DNA of 64,000 nt from Hydrolagus colliei (taxonomy: Eukaryota), in NCBI GenBank assembly GCA_035084275.1, contig CM068771.1, positions 744,001-808,000 of the forward strand, written 5' to 3'. Shown piece by piece: positions 12,065-23,345 of this stretch. Under the pieces are notes generated by a model. That model did no database searches. It was not told the DNA's origin and saw only the letters and a program-made list of their open reading frames with translations. Made by a program: the position numbers and the translations under genes. Within the stretch, counting starts at the first letter, position 1; each line of letters opens with the position of its first letter.

Positions 12065-14650
12065 ACAAGATTACATTTGTAGCGTGCCTTTTGCATCCCA
12101 AGGTGCTGGACAGTCACGGGTCAGGACCGAAGCATGGTGATGGGGTGGTTGGGGTAGTGTTGAGATAAGGGAGGGTATAGAGGCAAGACAGCAACCGAAG
12201 GTACAGTCAAAGAGGATGGTCATGAGGCCAGCCTTGACGGAGGCAATGGAGGGAGTGAGACAAATGGATTGGGGTGGAGTTCCAGAGGATAGGGGCAGAG
12301 AGGCTGACAGGCCAGCTGCTAATGGCAGAGTAGGTTGGGTGGGAAACATGGAGCAGGCCAGAGCTGGACGGAGGAAGCGGATAGGTTGATAAGGGGTCAG
12401 TAGGTCAGAGAGGTAGGTGGGTGCAAGGCCGTGGATGGACTTGAAATTGAAGACAATGATCTTGAATTCAGTATTCTGAGGAATGGGGAGCCAGGGGAAC
12501 TGGAGCAGGATGGTGGTGATGGGGTCATGGAGTCTGATGTGGGAGAGGACATGAGCTGCAGAGTTTTGGATGATCTGCAGCTTGTGGAGGGAACAGTGGG
12601 AAGACCGACAAGGAAGGAGTTGGCGTAGTGAGCCAAAGATCACACAGAGCACATACACACAGAGCACAAACCCACACAGAGAGCACACACACAGACCACA
12701 CACACAGAGCATACACACAGAGCATACATACACACATACACACCAAGAGTACACACACACAGGGCAACAAACATATGGGGCACACACACGAGACATACAC
12801 ATGGGGCACACAACAATAACTTCGACAATACATACAGTATTACATTTGTAAAGTACCATTCACATCTGAAGGAAGTCCCAAAGCTCTGAATGGTCAGGGT
12901 TATTGACCAGAAAATGGGGGGTTGGGGGGCATGAATGAGATGAGGGAGAGCAGAGAGAGTAGGAGGGCGACTGAAAGAATCAAAGAGGACGGTCTTGAGA
13001 CCAGTCTTGAAGGAGGCACAGAAGGGAGCAAGGCAGAGGGGATGGAGTTCCAAAGTATAGGGGCAGAGAGGCTGAGAGGCATCCTACCATACCACTGATG
13101 GTAGGATGGGTTGAGCGGGAGACATGGAGCATCACTTCGTGGGAGATCCAGACAGCGGTGTGGCTGCTGCTGTGCGACCTGGCCGGACATGCTGTGTCTG
13201 AGGTACCAGGGCTGTCACCAAGTCACCGGGTACACCAGCTGAGGAGCCGGTCGGTTTTGGAGCCTGTCAATACACTGGGTCCTGTTTCCCACCATTTTAA
13301 AGATGGTCCAGTTGGGTGGTGAGGACAAGGAGTGGTTATTGGCTATTGTTGGTTTTGTTGTTTATTGTTGTTGTTTTATTCCCCCCCGCCACTGTCCCCT
13401 GCCCCCCTCCCCCCCCCCCCCCCCCCCCCAACTTCTTCTTCTTCCCTCACTCCCTTTCTCCACTTTCTCTCTCCCCTTTTCCCCTTCCCTCCCTCTTCCC
13501 TCTTACCCTCCTTTCTCCCTGATCTTGCCCCCCACCCACATTTCCCTCCCTCTCCCCCACTTATCCCATCTTCCCACCTGACATTACCCTAACCCACCTT
13601 TCCTTCCTTCTCCCCCTTACCCTCTTTTCCCCCTTTCTCCCCTGGCCCCATTTCCGCAACTGTTTGTGAGACATTGTTGTGCGCAATTTGGCCCTGTTTC
13701 ACCCACAAATATACAGTCGGCTTTCATGCTCTCCTTCCCCCTACCCTGAACTCTCCCCTTGTCATCTTTCCCCAATTGTTCCCCTAATCCCACTTACATG
13801 ACTGTTTGTGGGACACTGCTAGCAATTTGGCTGCCACGTTTCACCCATAAATATGCAGTCAATTTTCTTACTCTTTTTCATCCTGCCCTGACCTCTCCTC
13901 ACCTGCTCTTGTCCCTACCTGACTGTACAGCGCCTTGGGATGTCCTCTCGACGTGAAAGGCGCTATATAAATGTAAGTTTGGATTGATTGGAGCAGGACA
14001 GAGCCTGCTGAATGGAGCGGGTGGACAGGTTGATAGGGGGTCAGCAGGTAAGAGAGGTAGAGGTTTAAGATCAAGGAGGGCCTTGAAAGTGAGGACAAGG
14101 ATCTTGAATTCTATCCTTTGAGAAATGGGGAGCCAGTGGAGCTGGGCCAGGAAGGGTGATGGTGTCTCCAGTGGAGCTTGGTGTGAGAAAGGATACAAGC
14201 TGTGGAGTTTGGGATGATCTGCATCTTATGGAGGGCAGAGTTAGGAGACCGTCAAGGAGGGGGATTGTCGTAGTCGAGCCTTGAGGTGACAAATGCATGT
14301 GTAAGAGTTTCAGCGACCTGCAGGGAGTGAGTCAGTGATGGAAATGGGTGATGTTGCGGAGGTGGAAGGCAGTTGCTTGTCATGGCACTGAAATAGGGGA
14401 GAAAGGACAGTTCCAGGTGAAACAAGACACCCAGCTTCCTGAGTGGCTTAGTGAGGTGGAGTGTACATCTGTGAATACTGATGCTGCTGGTGTCTGAGGT
14501 GCAGAGGCAAGCCAATTAGGAGGGCCTCAGTATTGCTGACGTTCAGTTGGAGAAAGTTGTCTTTCAACCAGGACTTGACGTCTGACTGGCAGTCTGTCAG
14601 GACACCAGTAGCCTGGAGTTAATGTGGAGGCAGAGAGGTAGAGTTGGGTG
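12065..14650 (-). mobile_element. Cluster of L2 LINE 3' fragments interleaved with simple repeats and SINE tails
   Basis: Repeated KLQxIQNSAA...LHWLP...FKIL...HGLAP motifs on the minus strand, each ending in the aaaggcgct...(caa)n tail. Confidence 0.75.
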
Positions 14651-14809
14651 ATCATCCGCACACACACCAGGCACACACATACAGGGCAAACAAACACACC
14701 AGGCACACACACAAGCATGAGGCACACACACAGGACACACATACATGGGCACACAAACACAAGCATGGGGCACACACATTCAGCACTCAGACACATGGGA
14801 CACACTCAT

Positions 14810-15597
14810 CAATAATTTTAATGCAGAGAAGTGTGAGATTATACATTTTGGGAGAAGAAATGAGGGGAGACAATATAGGCTAGATAGTACAACTTTAAGG
14901 TGTGCGAGGGAACAGAGAGACCTGGGGATTTGAGTTATTGACTCTTTGAAGATGGCAGGTCAGGTAGACAAAGCCTTTAAGAAGGCATATGGGATACAAG
15001 ACTTTATAAATAAGGGCATAGAGTACAAAAGTCAGGAAGTGCTGACTAACCTTTATAAAACTTTGGTTAGGCCTCAGCTGGAGTACTGTGTTCAATTCTG
15101 GTCACCACACTATAGAAAGGATGTTACGGCATTGGAACGGGTGCAAAGAAGGTTTACTAGAATGGTACCAGGATTGAGGAATGGGGAAAGGCTAGATCGG
15201 CTAGGTTTATTCACTTTGGAACAGAGAAGGTTGAGAGGAGACCTAATAGAGGTTTATAAAATTATGAGGGGATTCGACAGGGGGAATAAGGAAAAACTGT
15301 TTTCACTGGTGGGCGAATCAGCGACTCGTAGTCACAGATTTTAAACAATTTCAAAACGAAGCAGAGGGGAGCTGAGGAGAAATGTTTTCACTCAGCGGGT
15401 TGTTAGAATCTGGAGTGCATTGCCTGAAAAGGTGGTGGAAGCTGATTCAATAACAGTTTTTAAGAGAATTAAATCGTTATTTAGGGAGAACAGGTCTGTT
15501 AGGTTATGGGGATTGAGTCACACTGTTCAAAGAACCGGCACAGACTGGATGGGACGAATGGCCTCCTTTTGTGCTGTAAGGCTCTATGATCCTATGA
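14810..15597 (+). mobile_element. CR1 3' fragment
   Basis: ORF 14946-15344 (KAYG...LVRPQLEYCVQFWSP) and a ctatgatcctatga tail. Confidence 0.88.
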
Positions 15598-15884
15598 TAA
15601 CAACAATTTGGAATTCTACTGTGCTCTCCACGTCGGATGGCATCTCAAAGTGCGGACACAGGGCATACACACAGAGCACACACTGATATGGTGCACACAT
15701 ACATATGAGGCACACACATGGGGCACACTCACACTCAGGGTGCATACACACACACACATGTTGTATATATACAACCAAGGGGCACACACACACAGAGCAA
15801 GCATACAAACGAAGGACCTACACACAGATGGGCACCCAGATATGGCACAAACTCACAATACAATATAGTATAATAATCATAATC

Positions 15885-16190
15885 CTTGCATTTGCTATAG
15901 CGCTTTTCACATTTTACCGACATTTCAAAGCACTTCACAGAATATACTGTAAAGTGAATTGATTGTATATTGGTGGATGAAATGCAGCAGCCAATTGCGC
16001 ACAGCTGCGTCCCACAAACAGTTGTGAATTGAAATAACCAATTTTTATTACTGTGTTTTTTTTGGAGAGATTATTATTAGGCATGTGGAGTAAGGAAACT
16101 TTCGCCCTGACCTGCCTGGAAATACAGGTTCAAACACTGGTCTCATGCTTGTAAGGCGAGAGCTCTAACCACTGAGCTACAACAACAACA
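15885..16190 (-). mobile_element. tRNA-derived SINE, near full length
   Basis: Head GTAGCTCAGTGGTTAGAGC (A box), degenerate B box, body ...gtgggac.gctgtgcgcaattggctgc..., tail aagcgctata..aaatgcaaggatt(att)n. Further copies at ~21035-21330, 28440-28745, 35518-35864. Confidence 0.8.
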
Positions 16191-16194
16191 ACGT

Positions 16195-17115
16195 CCCAAG
16201 GCACTGAACAGTCAGGTCCGGACTCGAGCAAGGGAGAAGGGCAGGGTAGGGTGCACACACAGGGCATGCACAAACAAGGAGTACCCTCACACACACCCTC
16301 ACACACAAGGAGTAGGGCAGGGGTGCGGAGAGTAGGAGAGGGGGAAGAGTTAAGAAGATAGCAGTAGGCACGGTCCAAGAGGAATGTTTTGAGACTGGCC
16401 TTGAAGGAGGAAAGGGAGGGAAGCAAGTCAAAGGGATTGCAGGATGGAGTTCCATAATGTGGGAGCAGAGAGGCAGAAAACTTGGCCACCGATGATGGTT
16501 TGGGCGGGGGACATGGAGCAGGCCAGAATCTGCTGAACAGAGGGGATGGGCAGGGCTGATAGGGAGACAGCAGGTCAGAGAGATAGGCGGGAGCAAGGCC
16601 ATGAATGGCTTTGAAAGTGAAGACGAGGATCATAAATTTGATTCTCTGGGGGATGGGGAATCCAGTGGAGACGGGCGAGGGTGGGAGTGATGTGGTTGCG
16701 GAACATGTTACAGCAGAGTACACGAGCTGCAGAATTCAGAATTAGTTTGCAGTTTGGGAAGGAAGGAGCTGGGGAGGCCGACAAGGAGAGAGTTCCCGTA
16801 GTCAAACCTTGATGTGATGAATGCGTGAACAAGTGTTTTGGCAGCATGGGTGGGTGAAGTAGTGGTGGAGTCTGGCAATGTTACGGAGGTGATGGAAGGC
16901 AATACTGGTCATGGCACGGATATGGGGGAGGAAGGACAGTTCAGGGTCGAACAAAGCGCCTAGATTCCTGACTGGCTTAGAGAGGTGGAGAGTATAGCCT
17001 TGAATGCTGATGTTGCCAGCGCCTGAGATGCAGAGGCGGTGTTGCAAGCCAATCAGGAGGGACTCCATCTTGTTGACAACACTCTTGTTGAAGGAAGTTG
17101 TCCCTTGTCCAGGAC
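16195..17115 (-). mobile_element. L2 LINE RT/3' fragment
   Basis: AKTLVHAFITSRFDYGNSLLVGLP and FKAIHGLAPAYLSDLL motifs. Confidence 0.82.
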
Positions 17116-17335
17116 TCGTTGGACAGACACGCAATGAGAACGTGTGAACACACACATGTACACACAAACAGAGAGTGCACACACAGCACACAAACACAAA
17201 GCACAAGCAAACATCCACACAGGGCAGATACACACACACAAAGAGCACTCACACAACAACAGTATTATTATACAGGACACTCCACGCAGTCTGGTGACTT
17301 AAAATGTTTAAATGTGGTGGAGCCTGACTTCTAGA

Positions 17336-18215
17336 AGGGGATGGTGTGTGCGCGGGTGGTGTGTGTGGGGGGAGATGGTGTGTGGGGGGATGGTGTGTGT
17401 GGGGGAGGGGATGGTGAGTGTGGGGGGATGGTGTGTGGGGAGGGATGGTGTGTGTGGGGGGATGGTGTGTGTGGGGGGGGGATGGTGAGTGTGGGGGGAT
17501 GGTGTGTGGGGAGGGATGGTGTGTGGGGGGGATGGTGTGTGGGGGGGGGGATGGTGTGTGTGGGGGGGGATGGTGTGTGGGGGGGGATGGTGTGTGGGGG
17601 GGGATGGTGTGTGGGGGGGATGGTGTGTGGGGGGGATGGTGTGTGGGGGGGATGGTGTGTGGGGGGGATGGTGTGTGGGGGGGATGGTGTGTGGGGGGGA
17701 TGGTGTGTGGGGGGGATGGTGTGTGTGTGTGTGTGTGGATGGTGTGTGGGGGGATGGTGTGTGGGGGAGATGGTGTGTGTGGGGGGATGTTGTGTGTGTG
17801 TGGGGGGATGGTGTGTGTGTGTCTGGGGGGATGGTGTGTGTGTGTGGGGGGATGGTGTGTGTGGCGATGGTGTGTGTGTGTGGATGGTGTGTGTGTGGGG
17901 GGGGATGGTGTGTGTGGCGATGGTGTGTGTGTGTGGATGGTGTGTGCGGGAGATAGTGTGTGGGGGGGATGTTGTGTGGGGGGGGGGTGGTGTGTGTGTG
18001 GGGGGGAATGGTGTGTGTGGGGGGATGGTGTGTGTGTGGGTGGGGATGGTGTGTGTGGGTGGGGATGGTGTGTGTGGGGGGAGGATGGTGTGTGTGTGTG
18101 GATGGTGTGTGAGGGAGATAGTGTGTGTGGGGGGGATGGTGTGGGTGGGGGGGGATGGTGTGTGGGGGGGGTGGTGTATGTGTGGGGGGATGGTGTATGG
18201 GGGGGTTGTGGTGTG
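17336..18215 (+). repeat. G-rich satellite (GGGGGGATGGTGTGT)n, ~880 bp
   Basis: Directly visible ~14-18 bp units with G4-G8 runs; ends ~300 bp from the exon 2 donor. Confidence 0.95.
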
Positions 18216-18522
18216 TGTCGGTGGGGAGGTGGCAGTTGGGAGGGGTTTGGTGGGACCTGAAAGGTTGGGGAGAGTGGGCGAAGCGGAGGGATTGAAGGAG
18301 AGTATTCCAGAGTTTGGAATTTGGAAAGCAGGATCTCCGGAGTTTGGGGGGGAGGGAGGAGCAGGAGCCGGTGCTAGGAGATGGGAGAGGTCGGGAAGAG
18401 CCAGGGAGTACTTCACACACACCCCCCAGTGTGCTGTATATACACACACAGTGACTATAAACACACGCAGCACTGTACACCCCCCCCCCCCCCCCCCCCT
18501 CCCAGTGTATTTGCTGACTCAC

Positions 18523-18780
18523 TGCTGGGCTCCGGGGTGTCTCCGTGTGAAAGCTGTTTCCAGACACGTACGCTGATTTTACAGGTTTGAATCTCCTGTA
18601 ACACCCCCTCCACTCCGCCCTGGATACTGTGCCCGTCGAATTCAGGCAGGCGGGCGACCTCCTTCCCCAGGGCAAAATCCATGTAAAACAGCTCATCCCA
18701 GTCAACCTCAATATCAAACTGCTGGACAGGGGCCTGGTCCTGGTCCTGACACAGGTACACCAACGAATCATCGTGTAAAT
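18523..18780 (-). CDS. mhc2a: MHC class II alpha chain, exon 2 (alpha-1 peptide-binding domain)
   Basis: 258 nt, phase 1/1, acceptor tttgtgtcag|AT and donor AGC A|GTGAGT. Encodes YLHDDSLVYLCQDQDQAPVQQFDIEVDWDELFYMDFALGKEVARLPEFDGHSIQGGVEGVLQEIQTCKISVRVWKQLSHGDTPEPS, with DxDELFY and RLPEF motifs. Confidence 0.96.
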
Positions 18781-18799
18781 CTGACACAAACACAAACTA

Positions 18800-19510
18800 C
18801 CTACAGGTTAGACACACACACTACACACACTGCACACTCTGTAAACACTACACACACTCTACACACTGCACACATACACTTTAAAAACTGTACACACACT
18901 CTACACACTGGACACTCACTGTAAACACTACTCACTACTCGTACTGCACACACTGTACACTGTAAACACTGCACATACTCAACACTCACTGTACACTCTC
19001 TGTGCACACTACACATTCTGTATCCACTGTACACACACTGTAAACACTGCACACATAAACACACTGTACACAATGTAAACACTGCACATTATTCACACAC
19101 TGCAAATTGCAAACACTACACACTATACACTCTGTATACATGGTACACGAATTGTACACACTGTAAACACACTGCGCATACACTGTAAACACACTGCACA
19201 CACCACACACAGTGTACACACAGTAATCACTGCCCACATTGGAAACATACTGCAAACACAGTACACACATTGTACACACTGTAAACACTGTACACACTCT
19301 ACACACTAAATACTACATACACTGCACATTGTTTACACTGAGTGTGCAGTGTTTACAATGTACACACAGTAATCACTGCACACACACTCTACACACACTC
19401 TACAAACTGTAAATACTACACACACTATACACACTAAACACCCTCCATACTGTACACACAGTACCTACTGCAAATACTGCACGTTGTAGACACCTCACAC
19501 AGTGTACACA
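18800..19510. repeat. (acacactgta)n-type low-complexity tract in intron 1
   Basis: Directly visible degenerate CA-rich repeats. Confidence 0.85.
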
Positions 19511-22500
19511 CAGTTCCTCAGGGTTCTGTCCTTGGCCCCCTGCTCTTCATCCTCCACATGCTCCCCCTCGGTGACACCATCCAGACATGGGGTAAATTTC
19601 CACATGTATGCGGCTGACACCCAACTCTACCTTTCCGCTTCCACCCTCGACTCCAGGACTACTGCATCTTGGCAAGCGCCTGGGAACTTTCAGCGCCTTG
19701 GGACGTCCTCCCGATGTGAAAGGCGCTCTATCAATGTAATTTTTTTGTTGTTGTACTGACGTTTCTGACTGCGTCCAACATTGAGTCCTGGATGAGGGAC
19801 AACTTCCTTCAACTAAACACCACACTATCAGAGACCCTCCTGATTGGCTTGCGTAAGCACCTCCGCACCTCAGGCACTGGCAGCATCAGCATTCACGGTT
19901 ATACTCTCCACCTCTAGAAGCCAATCAGGAATCTGTGTGTCTTGTGGAACTCCATCCCGCAACTCCTCCACCTCGCTTCCTCCCTTTCCTCCTTCAAGGC
20001 CAGTCTCAAGACCTTCCTCTTCGACCGCGCCTTCGGCTGCCTCACTAACTCTCCCCCCTCTCCCCCTCTCCTTCCCCCATACTTTGACCTTCCCCACCCC
20101 CCCCACCCAGCATCCTTCGGGTCCCGAACAGACTGTTTAGCACTTTGGGACATCCTCCCGACGTGAAAGGTGCTATACAAGTACAATTTTGTTGTTGTTG
20201 TTCGACAATGAACTGTCCTTCCTCCCCTAAGCTGAATCTGATTGAATGACAACTTTTATGAGAGAAGTTGTTATTTATTTGGGAAGGACAGGTTGCATGG
20301 CTTTTGGTAGAAAGTGAGAGGGATTGATTAGGTCAGCTCTTGTGGACAGTCATCACAGACATGATGGGCTGAAAGGCCTCCTTCTGCGCTGTATAATTCT
20401 GTGGTTACCATCATCACTATCATCACCTGGGACCCTGGGTTTAATGATGATCGTTCTGTTCCTTCAGACCAAGTGTCTTCATCAGATTATCCTGATTGAT
20501 TATAGTATCTACCACTCCTATGACTGGCCTTGGTACCTAACACTTACTCAGCTGGTATTTCTGGTTTGCGCTAATTATCTCAACAGAGAGATAGTGATGG
20601 ACAACCGTTTGTGATGGACAACCTTTGAGAAGCCTCATCGAATACCATTGCTTCATCTCCTTCACTCTTTGTCCCTTCTGATTGGATTGTTAATTAATCG
20701 TTATGCATAAGATGTATTTGATTATTTACCATTCATAACTATACTAACCATTTACAGTATATTCTATGAAGTGCTTGGAGGCGTCTAGAAGATGTGAAAA
20801 GTGCTATAACAAATGCAAGGATTATTATTAGAATTATTATAATTAATCTGAGATAATAAATCTATTAATATAATAAATTAAATTTATAAAAGTAAGGATA
20901 TGCACAAATGTGGTACAATTAAATTTATAAATTTAATTGTACCACATTTGTGCATATCCTTACTTCATTGGTGGGTCACAAATTATAACAGAACCCTTAA
21001 CATAGACACTGTGCACATATTGTAAATACACAGTACATAATAATGCTTGCATTTTGATATAGTGCTTTTCTTATCGATCGATGTCTCAAAGCGCTTCACA
21101 GAATATACTGTAAAGTGAATTGATTATATACTTGTGTTTGAAAAGCAACAGCCAATTGCACACAGCAGTGTCCCCAGAAACAGTCATGGATTGAAATGAC
21201 CAATTTTATTATTGTTGGTTTTTGTGGACGGATTATTATTAGGCGTGTAGAGTAAGGAAACTTGCCCGAGGTTTTGCCCTGACCTGCCTGGATTTGAACA
21301 CAGGCTCTTACCACTGAGCTGCAGGAGCTCCACATAACCAGGAGCTCGACAAAAACACATGTACACACATACTGTACACACACTGTACGCAGAGTCTGTA
21401 GATACACACTATATTCACTGAACACACACGGCGAACACACTCAACATATACCATGTCTACACACTGTGTACACACACTATACACATACACACTAAACACT
21501 CACTGTAGACATACACCACAGGCACTGTACAGACACTGTTCACACAATATACACACTATACAACACTGCACACTCTGTACACAAACACTATACAAAACAC
21601 ACGGTGTGTATTTACACTGTAAAGACACTGTACATACAAAATGCACACATACACTGTACACACACACTGTATATGCATGATTCACATTGTACAAACACAG
21701 CGCAAACAGCAGACACTATACACATTGTTCACACAACAACAGTATGTAATAATAGACAACAACAACAACAACAAAATTACATTTGTATCGCACATTCCAC
21801 ATCAGGAGGATGTCCCAAGGCGCTGGTCAGTTACTGCTTCAACAGACAGCGCCCAGTATGTGGGGTAGTGTGCCGGGGCGCTTCCCAGTGGCAGAGTCTG
21901 GCACTGAGCCAGGGGGAGAGGGAGTGGGGGAGGGGGTGACCATGAGCACAATAAAAAGAAAGGTCGTTAGGTGGGATTTGAAAGTGGGGAGCGAGGGGGC
22001 AAGGCAGAGGGATCAAGGGAACACATGCCAGAGCTTTGAGGTGTATTGACTGAAAGCCCGGCCACTGATGGTGGAGTGGAGGGTTGAACAGAATGAAGGA
22101 TTGAACAGAAAGTCGAAGCCAGCCAAGTGTAGGCAGTGGATGGTGGGGTGGGGGGGCCTAAGCAGATTGGTGAGGTAGGGACATCCTCCCAACGTGAAAG
22201 GCATCTATCAATTAAATTTTGTTGTTGTTGATGTAGGTAGGTATGTGGGCATGAGGGATTTTAAACTAGTGTGAGGATCTCGAAGTTGATCCGTTTAGTG
22301 ATTGGGAGCCAGTGGAGAGCTGGGGCAATAAGGGTACAGAGTTTAGTGTATGATAGGGAGTGAGTGGAGCCAGGTGAGAGCTGTGGTGATGGGGGTACAG
22401 AGTTTTATGCCTTTGACATTGGGGCTATGGTTAGATCTCTGCCTTGCCCCCTCGCTCCCAACTTTCATTCATTAGGAGGCGCACAGAACACATTATACAT

Positions 22501-22544
22501 ACACACTGATTCTACACACTCTATATACTGAAAAAAATGCTCAC

Positions 22545-22825
22545 ACACTGACTGGAATAACACACTGGTCATCATTCTGACTGTAATAACACATTATCCC
22601 TCACATTGACACTGTCGGCATTAACATTAGCACATCGACAGTAATAGCACTGAGTGTAATAACACACGATAAATAATAACACGGTCCACATTAACACACT
22701 GACTGTAATAACACTGACTGTAATAATGCTGACGCTAACAACATGGGGTGTAATAGCATACTGACTGTAATAACACACTCACTATAGTTACACGCTGACT
22801 GTAATAACACTGACTGTAATAGAAC
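22545..22825. repeat. (acactgactgtaata)n tandem repeat at the start of intron 1
   Basis: About 15-20 bp degenerate units. Confidence 0.75.
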
Positions 22826-22853
22826 ATGGATGACTGTTACTGTAAAGTCTCAC

Positions 22854-22917
22854 ATTTGGCAGCCCCCACCGCCTGGGCGAGGATCAGGGTCGCGGTGATG
22901 AGGAATGTTGCTCCCAT
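22854..22917 (-). CDS. mhc2a: MHC class II alpha chain, exon 1 (signal peptide)
   Basis: ATG at 22917, MGATFLITATLILAQAVGAAK plus 1 nt, donor AAA T|GTGAGA. Phase matches exon 2, and it lies ~80 bp downstream of the Y box. Confidence 0.92.
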
Positions 22918-22998
22918 GTTGCCGACTGCTCTCAGTGTGGGTGAGAAACTCTCACTGACTCTCACACCTCCCAGCCCAGTGCCTGACTCCTCTCCACA

Positions 22999-23039
22999 CC
23001 AATCACACGGCCGCCTCTCACAACTCACTTGTTGCTGGG
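22999..23039 (-). promoter_or_regulatory. Proximal MHC class II X1-X2-Y promoter module
   Basis: Minus strand: X1 CCCAGCAACAAGTG (23039-23026), overlapping X2-like TGAGTTG, 19-bp spacer, Y box GTGATTGG (23006-22999). Matches the RFX/CREB/NF-Y module and its 19-20 bp X-Y spacing. S box not securely identified. Confidence 0.85.
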
Positions 23040-23345
23040 AGACTTCAGCAAACTACTGTCACATATTGAACAATATTGGAACTCCAGAGCCACAAACCCA
23101 ATGATATCCCCATCACCAGCTCCAACCATAGTTTCCTTACTCCATAAGCCTAATAATAATTACTCAAGAAAAAACTGTAATAATTTGGTCACTCAATCCA
23201 TGACTGTTTGTGGGATACTACTGTGCGCAATTGGCTGCCACATTTCACCCACAAATGTACAGTAAATTTTACAGTATATTTTGTGAAGCGCTTAGAGACG
23301 TCTAGAAGATGAGAAAAGCACTATCTCAAATACATGGATTATTAT

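Noticed and set aside
11303-12117. His/Thr- and Cys/Val-rich ORFs (also at 8.0-8.6, 12.5-12.8, 18.8-19.3, 21.3-21.9 kb)
   Set aside because: CA/TG microsatellite translations without stops by composition.
10982-18780. DM-alpha ortholog
   Set aside because: Despite the alpha-1 cysteine pair, the residue equivalent to DM-alpha N125 is Gly (CHAAG), and DM is reported absent from cartilaginous fish. A phylogeny is still needed for certainty.
17308-18795. Long ORFs of 280-495 aa on both strands
   Set aside because: They are translations of the G-rich satellite (HTP/GVC low complexity); only the embedded exon 2 is real.
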